A stretch of DNA of 64,000 bases from positions 1-64,000 of the IMG/VR virus record IMGVR_UViG_3300013383_000027; one strand, given 5' to 3'. Below are positions 44,559 through 56,184 of the stretch, piece after piece; position 1 is the stretch's first letter; every line of letters begins with the position of its first letter. The stretch comes from a virus (Duplodnaviria; Caudoviricetes). Under the pieces are notes generated by a model. It saw nothing but the letters and a program-made list of their open reading frames with translations, made no database searches and was not told the origin of the DNA. The translations under genes and the position numbers were made by a program.

Positions 44559-44618
44559 TATTTACATAAAATTTGACGAGAAAGATGCCAGGTCTTCAGC
44601 CTGGCATATGAATCGTCA
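44559..44618 (-). repeat. Hairpin repeat cassette copy 4 plus GTAAATA
   Basis: tatttacataaaatttgacgagaaag ATGCCAGG tcttcag CCTGGCAT atgaatcgtca. Confidence 0.9.
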
Positions 44619-44741
44619 TTCTTTCACATTGTTTTTTTGTAAATAATTTCGTACCGACGGAACATCGGGAAATTACGCTTGTGGAGTTCAAGACCTCTGT
44701 CAACGATGCTTGTAGTGTTGTTGATAAGTCTGAACGATGAA

Positions 44742-44781
44742 ACAAGAAGATGCCATGTTTTTAGCATGGCATAGAGTTCAC
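44742..44781 (-). repeat. Hairpin repeat cassette copy 5 (compensatory stem variant, no promoter motif)
   Basis: acaagaag ATGCCATG tttttag CATGGCAT agagttcac. Confidence 0.9.
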
Positions 44782-44795
44782 GGTTTCCCAGGACG

Positions 44796-46046
44796 TCAGA
44801 ATGTCTTCGTGTTTCTTATGAGTGCCACATTCTGACGGAAAAGGCTCTTGTGCGGCGTGAAGAATGTCCTGACCGATGATGCCACCCAAGAACCGCTCAT
44901 GCTGTTGTACTTCTTTGTCGACGGGAGTCCCCCAGATGGCATTCTCTTCTGGAACATGTCGTCCACGTGCATGTCGACATTCACTCCACACCCCGGGAAA
45001 AGACCAAGGTGACCCTGCATGTTGACTATGAGCGACCCGTTGTCGAGAAGGGAAAACATCTGTTTCCTGTACGTGTCGCTGTTGTTGTCCCATGTCGATT
45101 CGTTAATAGAGTACAGGTTGCTTGCACCCATCTTCGTGATTCTCGACGTCTCGGCTTCGCTCCTGAACAGTCCGGCTATCTCAGACGAATCGATTTCATC
45201 GTGGCTGAACTTGTTCTCGTCAAGATTGTACTTCCAAAATATCCTTCTTGTCGTGTCAAGGGATATCTGCGTCCTCCCCTTCCTGACAACATATGCAATG
45301 TTTACCGGGGTGTCCTCAAGTATGTTCGGCTAGTTGGACACCTGCGACACTTGCACACCGAAAGACTTCTGGAACGACTTCTGCTTCGCCATGTCAAACA
45401 AGTGAATTTTGTCTGCATACTCGTCATAGACGAAGAATTTCAGAGATTTTTCCCTTGCCGAGTCTCCCCCATAGAACATTCTGCTGTACAGATAGTTCAG
45501 CGCGGTCTCTACGTTCTCATTCCCCGATGTTATGAACTGTATCGAATTTGCGCTTCCGCTGGTCTTGAACGACTCCGCATCGACCGGATATCCAGTATTA
45601 GAAAGAATCTTTAGCATGATGTCCAGAATCGATTCCGGACCTGTGGAGTAGTTCGAGTACTGCACACTCTTTCTGTAATTCTCCCACGTATTTCCAACCA
45701 ACTTCAGCTCGTATGTTATCTTCCCCGGCTCGTTCCTTACGATTCCGATGTTGTCGACGAAGAAGCCAAACTGATGTTGCTCGATTGTCGTGTTCCCATC
45801 CTTGTCTCCATATCTCGCAACCTGCACGGTGCAATTCACGTACTGCTTGTCGAGAAACTTGTCTATTTTCGCGTCATCGTCAAGATACTCGATTGTTCCG
45901 GTGGTGTGAAGCTCGCCCATCCTGTTCAGAGTCTCGAAGCGGAGGAGATTGTTCGAGTCGAGTGTCACGGTGTTCGTCTCGTGATCTGTTAAGACCGCGA
46001 AAACACCATAGTGCTACCCGTTCTTTGTCGTGAATATCCCGTTCAT
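44796..46046 (-). CDS. Baseplate hub protein, T4 gp27-like by position (416 aa); 2 in-frame TAG
   Basis: Joined from ATG 46046 (ATGA overlap) through TAG near 46014 and at 45330. It follows the gp53-like gene. Confidence 0.65.
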
Positions 46047-46381
46047 GACCTGACCCCGTTCATGACAAGAGTGAGTTCCTCACCGTCTATGTACTTGACT
46101 GCCGTCGCGGCTTTCACGATGTCAAACATGTTCTTCGGACCTACACCATTCAACTTCATCAGGAGCCACGCGAGTCTCGTCGTCCCGTAGATGTTGTAGG
46201 AAATTGTCGTCCAGAACATATCCATCTTCGTCATGTAGTTCTTCACGGTTTCGTCAGAGAACGAGAGATAAATCGTGCTGTTCAGGTTATACGAATAATT
46301 CCCCTTCCTGTCCGTGTAGATCTGGAAAAAGTTCTCGAAGTCGTTGTCGTCGACGTTTACGTCTATGTCGTAGATTTTCAT
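46043..46381 (-). CDS. Baseplate wedge protein, T4 gp53-like (LysM-like)
   Basis: MFWTTISYNIYGTTRLAWLLMKLNG pattern and size. Confidence 0.75.
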   Translation of the reverse strand: MKIYDIDVNVDDNDFENFFQIYTDRKGNYSYNLNSTIYLSFSDETVKNYMTKMDMFWTTISYNIYGTTRLAWLLMKLNGVGPKNMFDIVKAATAVKYIDGEELTLVMNGVRS

Positions 46382-46404
46382 ATAAAAATACTCATTTTGA
46401 TGTT

Positions 46405-47808
46405 TTAAGTGCCATCTGAAAATTTAACATCAACCTTCACATCATCTTTTTCAACCGCTTTCTTTGCAGTCTCCATTAGTTTTTTTTGATTCCACTTAGT
46501 ATCGGCGTCTTTTCTACCACTTGCAAAATAACCCCCATCAGTGTTGTTATTCACTTCTTTGTCATCCGGTACGCAAGACATTATGGCGTTCTTGACATTC
46601 GTTGTATTATACCACACTTCAGTATTGAAAGGACTCAACTAAGTAAGTTGATTCTGTGCGGTAAACCCAAGCATATATGTGTTAAACACGTCCGGAAGCA
46701 ATGACTTGAAATCCAAATTCAATTCATATACGTCAGGAATCCTTACCATATCTTCAGGTAACTCCCATGATTCATCGTAGAAACTTGTATCTTTATTTTG
46801 GTATTTTTCGAGTTTTTCAAAAAACTTTTTTGATGGACGTCTTGACACCCCCTTGAACTTACAATCGAACTTTCCGGAACACATCATCAAGCGCTTCCCA
46901 CCCTCGATCTTGATGTCGTATGCGCATGGTGGCATCCTGAACACGCCATACTGAAATGACATGTTCTGTGGTATCAATGTGTTTATGAACAGGAAATTGT
47001 TAATGGCGTGGTCTATGGTATCGTTGAAAAGACTCAGGTTTATCGTGATATTGGATGTCGGATCCTGTGATGGAACCTGCCAGATTGGAGTCAGCGTGAA
47101 TCTAACGTTTGAACCCAACGCGCTTAGCAACCTTCCGACTATGGTGCTTTTGTTGTTTGAGAATCCATCGTTTCCGGCAGAATTGAAGCCAAGTTGACCG
47201 TCTGAAGTCAAGTAATCCGTACTGGCACAAGGAAGAACATAGAAGTTCGTTGTCTCGCTTCCTATTGTCTTGAAATACATATTCTCAACGTAATCCAACA
47301 CCAACTTTTTTTCAAATGAACCATTTTGACCATTAAAGAGACTGCTCCAAAAACTAGGGGATTTCAAACTTTCAAATGCATATCCTGCTTTGTACGCGGC
47401 CGCATTTATGATGTTTTCCGAGTTCTGTCCGCTTGCGTCTTCCTTTCCTGTTGACGCACCATCAACAAGATTTTTGAACAACGACACAATCGTATCGAAC
47501 TTCGTGTCCTGCTGATATTCGCGAATTACAATGCCGGGTATGTGGTTAAGAATATTATCCATGTCCCCCCCCGTTCCACCAAGTGCTGAAACAAGCTGCT
47601 TCACCCCGATGTCTCTCTTAAACATTTTCCTATGTTCCGGAAATATATTCAGAAGACATCCGTCGTTTTTAGGACGAAACGAAAATGTTGAACACGCACC
47701 TCCTTTATATTGGAACGGGAGCAAGTGATTCTTTGTATTACGAGTAAAATTTCCGTCACTAAAGATTGTAAACGATTCACTTGATTTGTTTGTATTTTCA
47801 CTTCCCAT
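46405..47808 (-). CDS. Baseplate tail-tube cap, T4 gp48-like (467 aa); 1 in-frame TAG
   Basis: Track ORFs 46639-47808 and 46405-46638 join directly via TAG. Tube-fold-like segment (FRMPPCAYDIKI) and synteny with gp53. Confidence 0.55.
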
Positions 47809-47873
47809 TCGACACCTCTCTCAGACACCAAAACTTTACAATATGAAAATTGATTCCACTTTTACGATGAAAA

Positions 47874-47931
47874 TATTTACAGAGAACTTGACGAGAAAGA
47901 TGCCAGGTCTTCAGCCTGGCATAGAGCTCAC
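47874..47931 (-). repeat. Hairpin repeat cassette copy 6 plus GTAAATA
   Basis: tatttacagagaacttgacgagaaag ATGCCAGG tcttcag CCTGGCAT agagctcac. Confidence 0.9.
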
Positions 47932-48048
47932 TTGAAGCTTGCAATCTCTGAAGACGATTGCCATTCAGCCTTATGGCAGCACCGCCGAGCCCCCGGTGAA
48001 AATCTTAACCAGTGGCGAAACAACATCGCCTCTATTTCGTAAATGTCC

Positions 48049-50880
48049 TCAGCCGTGGGTATCTGATTCTGCATCGTCATTTGGCTTCATCTCCTTGTCA
48101 TCCGGTTCCTGTTGAACAATCAGACTGGTGTCAATGCCAAGTTCTATGATCTTCTCAATAAGGCTCATGTTCTCCCGTCTCAGCTTGTCGTTCCTGATTC
48201 TTGACACAAATAGCGGATCGGTTTGATCTTCGTTTTCGTTTTTCTTATCGTCCAAGCCGAGACTCTTTTGTGCCTCGCTGCATTCCGCTGCGATTTCTGC
48301 ATCCACGTCCTTGTCTCCGCTGGGTGTCTTCAGAAACTCGAACAGTCCACCCAACACCTTGTCTATGGCAGGAGTGGTGTCGGACTCATCTTCGGGTGCC
48401 GACGTGTCTCTGAGAAGCGCAACGATATTTCTCTGCAATTCCCCATATGATTCACTGCCATTCTTTATGTCAGCATATGACCTTATGTTGTTTTTAATGA
48501 TAAAATCGCGGAACAACGACTGAATTACATCCCTGAATTTTTCGACATGTTCATTTGAAACGGGGTTGTTTCCCCTTGCTTTCTTGTATTGTGCTATAAA
48601 ATCATTTGTAAGAGACTCTATCGTGTCCTGCTGCCAGTCGGTAATCTGGAATCTGTCGGAAACCGTTTTGTTCATTAAATTCCACAAGTCATCAGAACTT
48701 TCCGTTTGCATATTAATAAAGTCATCTCTTCCAGACAGTATGTAATCTTTCAACGAGACACTTCCACCGGATGATATATATTTTGAAATATCACGCGATG
48801 CATAGCTACCGGCTCCAATACCGGCATTTCCCGAAAAGTTACGATATATCTTGCATTGAACCTTGTCCGCATATTCCAGCACCAGTCCATTTGCGACGGA
48901 CCGTATGTCAGAATATGGTATTAGCCCCTTCTGATATGCATCAACCGCGACGTTTAACGCATTTTGTTTTATTTGTAACAGACACTTATATGCTTTTAAT
49001 CTCTCCTGGGGAATATTGACCGCTGTCAACCCATTCTCATTGTAACTTATGTCCCCTCTTTCGGCCTGACTTATCACGGAGTCAACGGTGAAATCAAGAA
49101 GCTCTTTTGTTGTTCCGTCTTTGAATACCTTGAATATCGATTGTCCAACCTCTCTTCCCTGTTCCATTGTAAGAAGCTTCTGTATATTCTCAACTATAGC
49201 GGCATGCCGTTCCCTTTCCTAATCTTCCTCGTCATTGATAGTCATCGTTCCAGAGATGCCATCCAAGCGGTTCTTCAGTTCATCCCTCTACTTCGCAAAT
49301 TCCGACCTTTGTTTGTCATCATAGATCTTGTTGTTAGCCTTTTTGTCGAGCTCACCTATTTTGCCTTTCAAGTCCATCCGTATTCCACGGAGGTGTCTTT
49401 CCCTCTTCTGTTTGTACTTGTTCGTGACAGCGGCGATAAACATATTCTTCTGTCCGCGCTCACTCGCTGGCTTTTCCGGAACGCTCCCATATGCTTTTCC
49501 TATGTAATAACCAGCTATTGAGCCGAGCGCGGTTCCAACACCCATGATAATTGGCTGCAGCGGTCCGAAGAACGAGCCGACAAACCCTCCGACAACACGA
49601 CCGACCCATGCGCCAATCACACCGCCCGCAGAGCCCCCGATTGCACCAGCCAAACTGAAGGAATTCAACTGTATGCCCATCTTGAACATCTTTGTCTTGA
49701 ACGCCTTCATGTTAAGGTTTGCGATTGCAAGTTTGCGAAGATATGCCAGAAGAGGACTTTTCTTGAAGTATCCGGCTATATTCATTTTGATTTTGTGAAC
49801 ATCCCTTTTCTTGTCTTCCCACCATCCCCGGGCTTTATCCTTGTATTCCTTGTATTTTCCAACGATTTTCTGGTATATGAATCCAGCGACATAACCAACA
49901 ATGAACATTCCGGGTGGAGAAAGCAGAAATTTGCCGAACCGTTCAAGAAAACCGATATTAAGCCTTGCCACAAACGCCACAATTTTCTTGCAGACCCTAA
50001 ATACGCCGGTTACGATTTTGGTTGCCACCCCGAAAACGGTCTTCGTGGCACCAAGCGCAACCGACACGATGCCCCTTGTCAAGGAAAAGATTCCCTTCAA
50101 CATTCCCGAAACGATCTTGCCTATGCCGCCAAGTATGCCACCAATAAATCCAAGAACATTTTTGACCGTAAACAATTTCCTGATTCTGCGTATAATGGAA
50201 GACCCCCCCCATTTCGGTTGTTTTAACAACTCAGAACGCCGTTCCCGAGCCCGATTCACAACCTCAGAAAGCACGTTCTTGCTTCTGGATTGTTTCATTT
50301 TCTTGAGATTTCGTGTCAACCAATCCGACGCACCATACTGTTTTTTCGTTTGATTGTGTACGTTTTCTGTTGTCTGCCGTCCGGTGGTTTTTACGGAAAA
50401 ATCGCAAAAAGCCCTACTCAGCGTCTCCATCCTTTTGGTGTGACCCGTTTTGAGAACATTTATGCAGAAATCCGTTATCTTTTTAGCATATTCTGCGTTT
50501 TTTCCTATATTGTTTTTGGGAATTTGTGTGTGTACACTTTTTTTAGTCTTTACCCTGTTGTTCAGGACACTTTCTATGTCTTCTTCTAGCCGCTTCTTTG
50601 TGTCCTGTGAAACCCCGAACTCCTTGACAAGAATATCTTGAATCGTGTCTTTCAGGGTCTCCATGAATTTTTCATCACCAAGCTGCTGGAGAATGATGTT
50701 GGCGTTTCCGTCAAGGCACTTTACAAGCTCTATTCTCCTGTTCTTCTCCTCAAGATGATGGTTGAGGTATGCTGTCTTCACAAGCGTATGCATTGCATGG
50801 CTGATTTTCGCATGACGCTCGAAAACCATCTCAAAACTGACTGGTTTAGTCTTGTTCAGCCGCCCGTAATCTGATTTCAT
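48049..50880 (-). CDS. Tape-measure-like protein 2 (943 aa); 2 in-frame TAG
   Basis: Helical, with Gly/hydrophobic stretches (LAGAIGGSAGGVIGAWVG). Track ORFs 49288-50880 and 48049-49167 join in frame. Confidence 0.6.
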
Positions 50881-53411
50881 TTCGACTCTACCCTCTTTCC
50901 GGTTCTCTGTGATATCATCTCTCGCATTTTCTTGTTCTACTTCTCGAGTTTCCGGCTTTCCTCGTCAAGTTTGGTTATCTCCTCCATTCTTTTCTTTTCG
51001 TCTTCTTTCTTTCGTTCTTCCGAAATCCTTTTGTTTCGCTCCTTCCATTCTGCAATCATCTTGTCAAAAACCCGTTTCCTGTCCGAAAGAGACATTTTCT
51101 TCAACCTATCGATGTCTTCGGAGTTATATTTTGACAACATCGTGTTTCGAACTATCTCACTTTCGTTATCGTCAAGACCGCCAACCAGCTTTTTGATCTG
51201 CTTTTCTGAAACGACCTATGTTGGAACAATCCTTTCTATGCTGAACGCCTTGTTCGGATCTTTTCCATTCATTCTGCGCCTAATACGACCATTGTGTTTG
51301 TTTACTTGATAACGTGTGGTTTTTTTAGACTGGACATTGCCTACAATATCAGTATATTTCCTTAATTTATCTTGTAGATCATGCCACGGCATAAACCAAC
51401 GGTCTTTTCTAAGGTCTTTTGTATCTATCTGCAGTTTTTTGACAACATCGCTGGCAACGACGTTTCCACCATCAAACTTAGCAATCCTGTCAATCATATA
51501 CTGCAAATGCTTCGATGACACAGAAGTCGCAAGCGCGTTTTTCATTATGATCAATCGATTATAACGTTTCGACACGGCATCAGCTAGCATTTTAAGTTGG
51601 TCGATTACACTACTGTTTTTCGATCTTTTCCTAAAATTGTTGTATTCAGCCCTGTCGAACCCAAAAAGTTCAGAATCATAAACAGTCCTTACAAAATCAC
51701 CATAAAGCGCATTCAGATTTGTGTTTTTGTCATCATCGTTTTCAAAAACATCCCTCAAATTGTTTATGTCGTTCACAAGCTGTCCGAGTTCGGATTCCTC
51801 CACATTCATCTGTGATGTCAATGCATCATATTTCTTTTTCTCTTCTTGGGACAAGCCTTCTATGTTTATTTTATTTGCACTCCCGACACCGCTTGCTATT
51901 TCAGATTTTTCATTTGCAAGCTGAAACTTGTTTTTCCCGAAAACATAACTGAACAATCGCGGAACGACAAATGCGGACGCGAGAATTCCGGCGGCAATTA
52001 AAGCAGATAACGGACTTCCACAACATTTCAGAACTTTTGATGCTGGACCAAGTATCTGAAGAAGAGGTGGTACAATCTTCAACAGGGCAAGAATGGATGT
52101 AACAAGAACCGGGTGCTGAAGGACAAACCCAAGCATCGTTCCAACTATGTCAGATGTCTTCGTCGCTATCGGCTTGATGAAATCGACAAAAGGCTTGATG
52201 TAATCAAGATATATCGTATCAAAAACACCCTTTGTCTTTTCGACAACACCATTAAACCAGATTATCTGCGGTTCAAATGTCTTCTTCATCCAACCGACGA
52301 CCCCACCTTCATGGTTCTTGTCTATGTTCTTCTTCACCAGACCCCAAACATACCCAAGGGCATAGCCGATTGCAAACATTCCAGCAGGTGTCCTTATCAC
52401 CGCACAAAAAGAGTTCTATACAGCCTTCTTCGCAAGCTTGAAAATATCCCCGACAATGTTTACAACTCCACTCAAAAGCTTGTCAATTCTGAAAAATTTC
52501 AACGTCGAAACCAATACACCACCAAGTTTGCGGATTCCCTTTACGATTCCTCCGACAATTCCGGATAGGATCTTGACAATTACACTAACGGATATCGATG
52601 CAACTTTCTTGATGAAACTGCCAATTTTGAAGATATTTTGTATAGAACGAATTCCGCCAATTGACTCCCCCTGTTGTGCATTCTTCTTGAAGATCCCAAG
52701 CTGTCTCTTTGTGAGTTTCGGGGTCATGCCCGCCGCACGCTGCTGTGCATTCTTCTTGAAGATCCCAAGCTGTCTCTTTCGCATATTCTCAAGAATGTTC
52801 CTCTGTCCAGATGCAACAATTGAACTTCTGGCTCTTTTTCCCCCACTTTTCTTGGCGTAATCTTTGCAGTTCTTTCTGAACAGTTCTACGATTTCAGATG
52901 TATGTTTTTCCTATGTCCTTTCTATTTCTTTTCTGAACCTTGTCGGAAAATTCTTCTGATTTTCCAGCTATGACATTGCCTCGTCAAGACTGGTATCAGG
53001 GGAATCCTTCGTGTCTATAAGATTTGTGGTTTTGGAGGACTCTTTTTTTAGCTTCCGTATGGAAGACTTTATGCTCTTAAATACCTCATCGGCAACATTG
53101 TCCTGCAACCTCTTCGACTTCGCGATTTCCCGAACCGCCAACTATAGATCAACAGTCTTTGCGAAATTGTCGACATATGGTTTCAGGAGCTCCTAAAACC
53201 TATCCGTTATGTAGTGTACAAGTTTTTCGTTCCTCCCACTCTCGGTATCCTCCTCGCACTACCTGTACTTTTGCAATATGTCGGAAAGTGCGGAGATTAT
53301 GTCACGCTGTTCCTGTTCCCAGAAACCCTTAAGAACGGTTTTCTCGGCACGGGGAAGCGTGTTGACTTTCTTGTGCGAGTTTGGCAGAATGGAACGCGAA
53401 ACTTTTTTCAT
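50877..53411 (-). CDS. Tape-measure-like protein 1 (844 aa); 8 in-frame TAG
   Basis: The frame is open from ATG 53411 to TGA 50877 except for TAG, with ATGA overlaps at both ends. It follows the chaperone pair. Confidence 0.65.
52671..52779 (+). repeat. 40-bp direct repeat (52671-52710 and 52740-52779) encoding KRQLGIFKKNAQQ twice
   Basis: ctg(t/c)tgtgcattcttcttgaagatcccaagctgtctcttt, with one mismatch between copies. Confidence 0.9.
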
Positions 53412-53674
53412 CTCGGAGACGTGTTCTTGTACCTCATGTAATTTATAATGTCACCGATGGCGTAAAGCGACTTCACCATGTCGTTCCCATCATTCTTTCG
53501 CATGTTCTGCTCCTCCTCGTTGTCGGTGTTGAGCTTCTGGATGAACGACTGAAGATCCAACATTGTCATGTACTTCTCATCTCCATGTATCATAACCCTG
53601 TATCTCCTGAAGATTCCCATTTCGGCTTCGGCGACATATTGATACATCTTCCGATCAATTGCGCCGAGAATCAA
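53408..53674 (-). CDS. Tail/baseplate assembly chaperone C-terminal ORF (T4 gp51-like), in the -1 frame of the upstream gene
   Basis: Begins inside a T8 run overlapping the upstream TGA. Only a TTG start is available. Confidence 0.6.
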   Translation of the reverse strand: MILGAIDRKMYQYVAEAEMGIFRRYRVMIHGDEKYMTMLDLQSFIQKLNTDNEEEQNMRKNDGNDMVKSLYAIGDIINYMRYKNTSPR

Positions 53675-54552
53675 AAAAAATCAATAAGGTTCCCCATTCC
53701 CTCCTTGGTCTCGTATCCACAGTGTCCGCACTTCTCGTACTGGAACACAGAGTTGATCTTCTCGATGAATTCCTTCGCGATGTGCTTGAGAACACCATTC
53801 TCCTCGTCGAACATGATGTTCTGCGGAAAATACGACAAAAGCGTTTCAACGTCATCATATGGCATTATCGAGAGATCTGCCAACTTATGATCGTTTGGAT
53901 TCTTCTTGTTGATGAGTTCGACCTTCTTGATGAAGAGGTTAATGTACTCGATGTTCCCGAGGTCGTCAAGAGCCTCCTGCTCCTTCTTCGAGACGTTCCT
54001 GTAGTTCTTCATGTAGCCCTTGTAGAAATTCGAAACGGCGCGGACGGAAGGGTAGTTGAGCGTGAAGCTGTACACCCTGTTCCTGTCTTCGGTTGTGAAC
54101 TTAACATCCTGTAGGTCGAACGCGTTGAATTTCGCTAGAATCTTGTCGAAGTCGAGGATGTATGAGTTCTCACATCCGCATTCGGGGCACTTGTACGTTA
54201 TCTTGTCGTGGAAGTAATTCGATGAATAGATTTCCATGAGAATGCGAATCCTGTCGAACTCCGTGAGCCTGTAGACGCTGAAACCATCCTCTGCGCAGAC
54301 CTTGTTGATGAGGGCGCACTGCGTGTCGTAAACGATGTCCTTGCGGTTCTCGTTCTGGATCATCGTCTTCGAGAGAGACTTCTGGTCTGTGACACTGACC
54401 TCGTTGAACATGACCTCGCGCTTGAGCGAGTTCACGTATACCGGTATCTGGGAAGACGTGAGCTCCTGCTTGAACACATTCAGGATTTCGCTGTTGTTTT
54501 TCTCTGGTGTGGTGTTTTCAGCAACCACGGACTCTTTTACTTCATTTGACAT
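53671..54552 (-). CDS. Baseplate hub/tail assembly chaperone, T4 gp26-like
   Basis: FNEVSVTDQKSL, FDRIRILMEIYSSNY, zinc-ribbon TYKCPECG and C-terminal CGHCG. Confidence 0.75.
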   Translation of the reverse strand: MSNEVKESVVAENTTPEKNNSEILNVFKQELTSSQIPVYVNSLKREVMFNEVSVTDQKSLSKTMIQNENRKDIVYDTQCALINKVCAEDGFSVYRLTEFDRIRILMEIYSSNYFHDKITYKCPECGCENSYILDFDKILAKFNAFDLQDVKFTTEDRNRVYSFTLNYPSVRAVSNFYKGYMKNYRNVSKKEQEALDDLGNIEYINLFIKKVELINKKNPNDHKLADLSIMPYDDVETLLSYFPQNIMFDEENGVLKHIAKEFIEKINSVFQYEKCGHCGYETKEGMGNLIDFF

Positions 54553-54574
54553 GTTAACTCCTACCTTACAGAAA

Positions 54575-54633
54575 TATTTACAAAAAATTTGACGAAAAAG
54601 ATGCCATGTTTTCAGTCTGACACATAAATCGTC
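54575..54633 (-). repeat. Hairpin repeat cassette copy 7 (degenerate) plus GTAAATA
   Basis: tatttacaaaaaatttgacgaaaaag ATGCCATG ttttcag TCTGACAC ataaatcgtca. Confidence 0.75.
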
Positions 54634-54646
54634 AATACCATTTTTG

Positions 54647-54670
54647 GTGAACTCTATGCATAGAATTCAC
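54647..54670. repeat. 24-bp palindrome made of two head-to-head cassette arms
   Basis: gtgaactctatgcatagaattcac, with one mismatch. Confidence 0.75.
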
Positions 54671-54698
54671 AGTTCTGAAGAGTGTTCACACGAAAAAA

Positions 54699-55574
54699 TC
54701 AAAGTCCGAGGGTGTTTGCAACACCACCAACGAGCTTCTTGGCGGTGTCTTTCAGCTTGTCTTTCGCAGACTCACACGTATTAAAGTTTGACATGACAAA
54801 CATATAATCGAATGTGAACGATATGTTCCTTGTCGGGGTGGGAAGGTCGTTCGACGGAGTCAGAGTCTCGAGCTGGGTCGGTCTGCTACCGACAAAGAGG
54901 TACTTGAAGTCTGCATGCTTCTCGAAGCTGATTTCGACGTTCGCCGTCGTGTACGGCTGGTTGTCGTATGACCAATAGGGCAGTGTGATCTCCCTCATCC
55001 ATGGATAGAAAATGCGCTCAAGAAGGGGAACTTTCGTGTTGATGATGTTAAGCTGGAACGAATTCTGAGAAGGCTTCACGAACAGTCCGCTTGTCGGATA
55101 CTGTCCGAGCATCGTCTTGACATCCTCCACACCTTCCACCTATAGAGCTGGGACAGTCGCATTCTGAACATAATAACTGAGATTCAAAACAAGCTGTGGC
55201 TTTATTGGTCCGTCTGACGCACCCATGCCATCATCGGACAAAAGGTTGCCTCTCGCCACATAGTCAAGGAACGTGGTCTGCCCGAGCGAGTCACCCCCAC
55301 CCCAGTTGTCCCTGAGCTTCATGATGTCGACGTCGTTCAAGAGGGCGCCGAGCAATCCACCTGTCAAGTTGTTCACGGCGTTCATTGCTGCGGACTTCAC
55401 GCCGCTGACAACCTTATCGAACAAACCCTTCTTCTTACCACCAGAATCATCTTCTTCGATTTTCGGGAAGAAAGTGAACGTCACGTCAAATGTCGCGAGG
55501 GGGTCTATCTACTCGACCCACTTTCCCTACGCCGAGTTAAACTTCGAGAGGAATCCCTGTAGATTTGAAGCCAT
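54699..55574 (-). CDS. Tube-fold baseplate protein, T4 gp54-like (291 aa); 3 in-frame TAG
   Basis: MASNLQGFLSKFNSA*GKWVE*IDPLATF...NATVPAL*VEGVEDV. TGATG overlap with the upstream gene. Confidence 0.7.
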
Positions 55575-56167
55575 CAGCTGAATATACTCCCCAATGCCCC
55601 TACGACACCAGAAACTTTTCCAAGCTGCCCCGGCGTCACGCTGAAGTCTATCGCGGAACAGTTCATCGTGAACGTCTGTACGTCGCCGCCGCTGTGCTGG
55701 AAGGACAAGCCTGAGCAACTTTTCAGCCTAACACCGTTAAGCTTTATTATCGTCCCCTTGTGCTTGTCGTCTCCTATTGCCTTGATTGTGATTGTGTATC
55801 CGCTATTCGTGATCGCGCTACCAGAATCATTGACAAGGAAGTTTGTCAGTGCGGTGTAGATATATCCGGACGCGTCATTTATGACTGTCATGCTGAAATC
55901 ATGCTCGTACTCAAAGTTCTGCGGTATTTCAACGAGCTTTCCGTCAAAATACAGGTTTGTGACATTCTGCTTGACTCCAGGAGATGAAATTTGTGTAATG
56001 AAGAAAGACGACTGCGGTATTGCGGAGAACACGGCTTCGTACCGGCTCGTTATCTGGACGCCGAGAGAATCCATGGCTGACATGAACTTCTTCAGCGAGT
56101 TCTCCTTTCCGAATCCCGCCTGAATACTTGAAGCCGCACCTATCAGATTTCCCAACTCAAGACCCAT
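55574..56167 (-). CDS. Tail tube-fold paralog (gp19/gp54-like)
   Basis: SFFITQISSPGV...FEYEHDFSMTVIND is colinear with the tail tube protein. Confidence 0.7.
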   Translation of the reverse strand: MGLELGNLIGAASSIQAGFGKENSLKKFMSAMDSLGVQITSRYEAVFSAIPQSSFFITQISSPGVKQNVTNLYFDGKLVEIPQNFEYEHDFSMTVINDASGYIYTALTNFLVNDSGSAITNSGYTITIKAIGDDKHKGTIIKLNGVRLKSCSGLSFQHSGGDVQTFTMNCSAIDFSVTPGQLGKVSGVVGALGSIFS

Positions 56168-56184
56168 GACATCTACCTCTGAAA

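Noticed and set aside
47932-48048. Intergenic gap as a tRNA (e.g. amber suppressor) or structured RNA; 44611-44750 and 56272-56347 were also checked
   Set aside because: No cloverleaf, T-loop or CUA anticodon arm could be found by eye. A covariance-model scan would be decisive.
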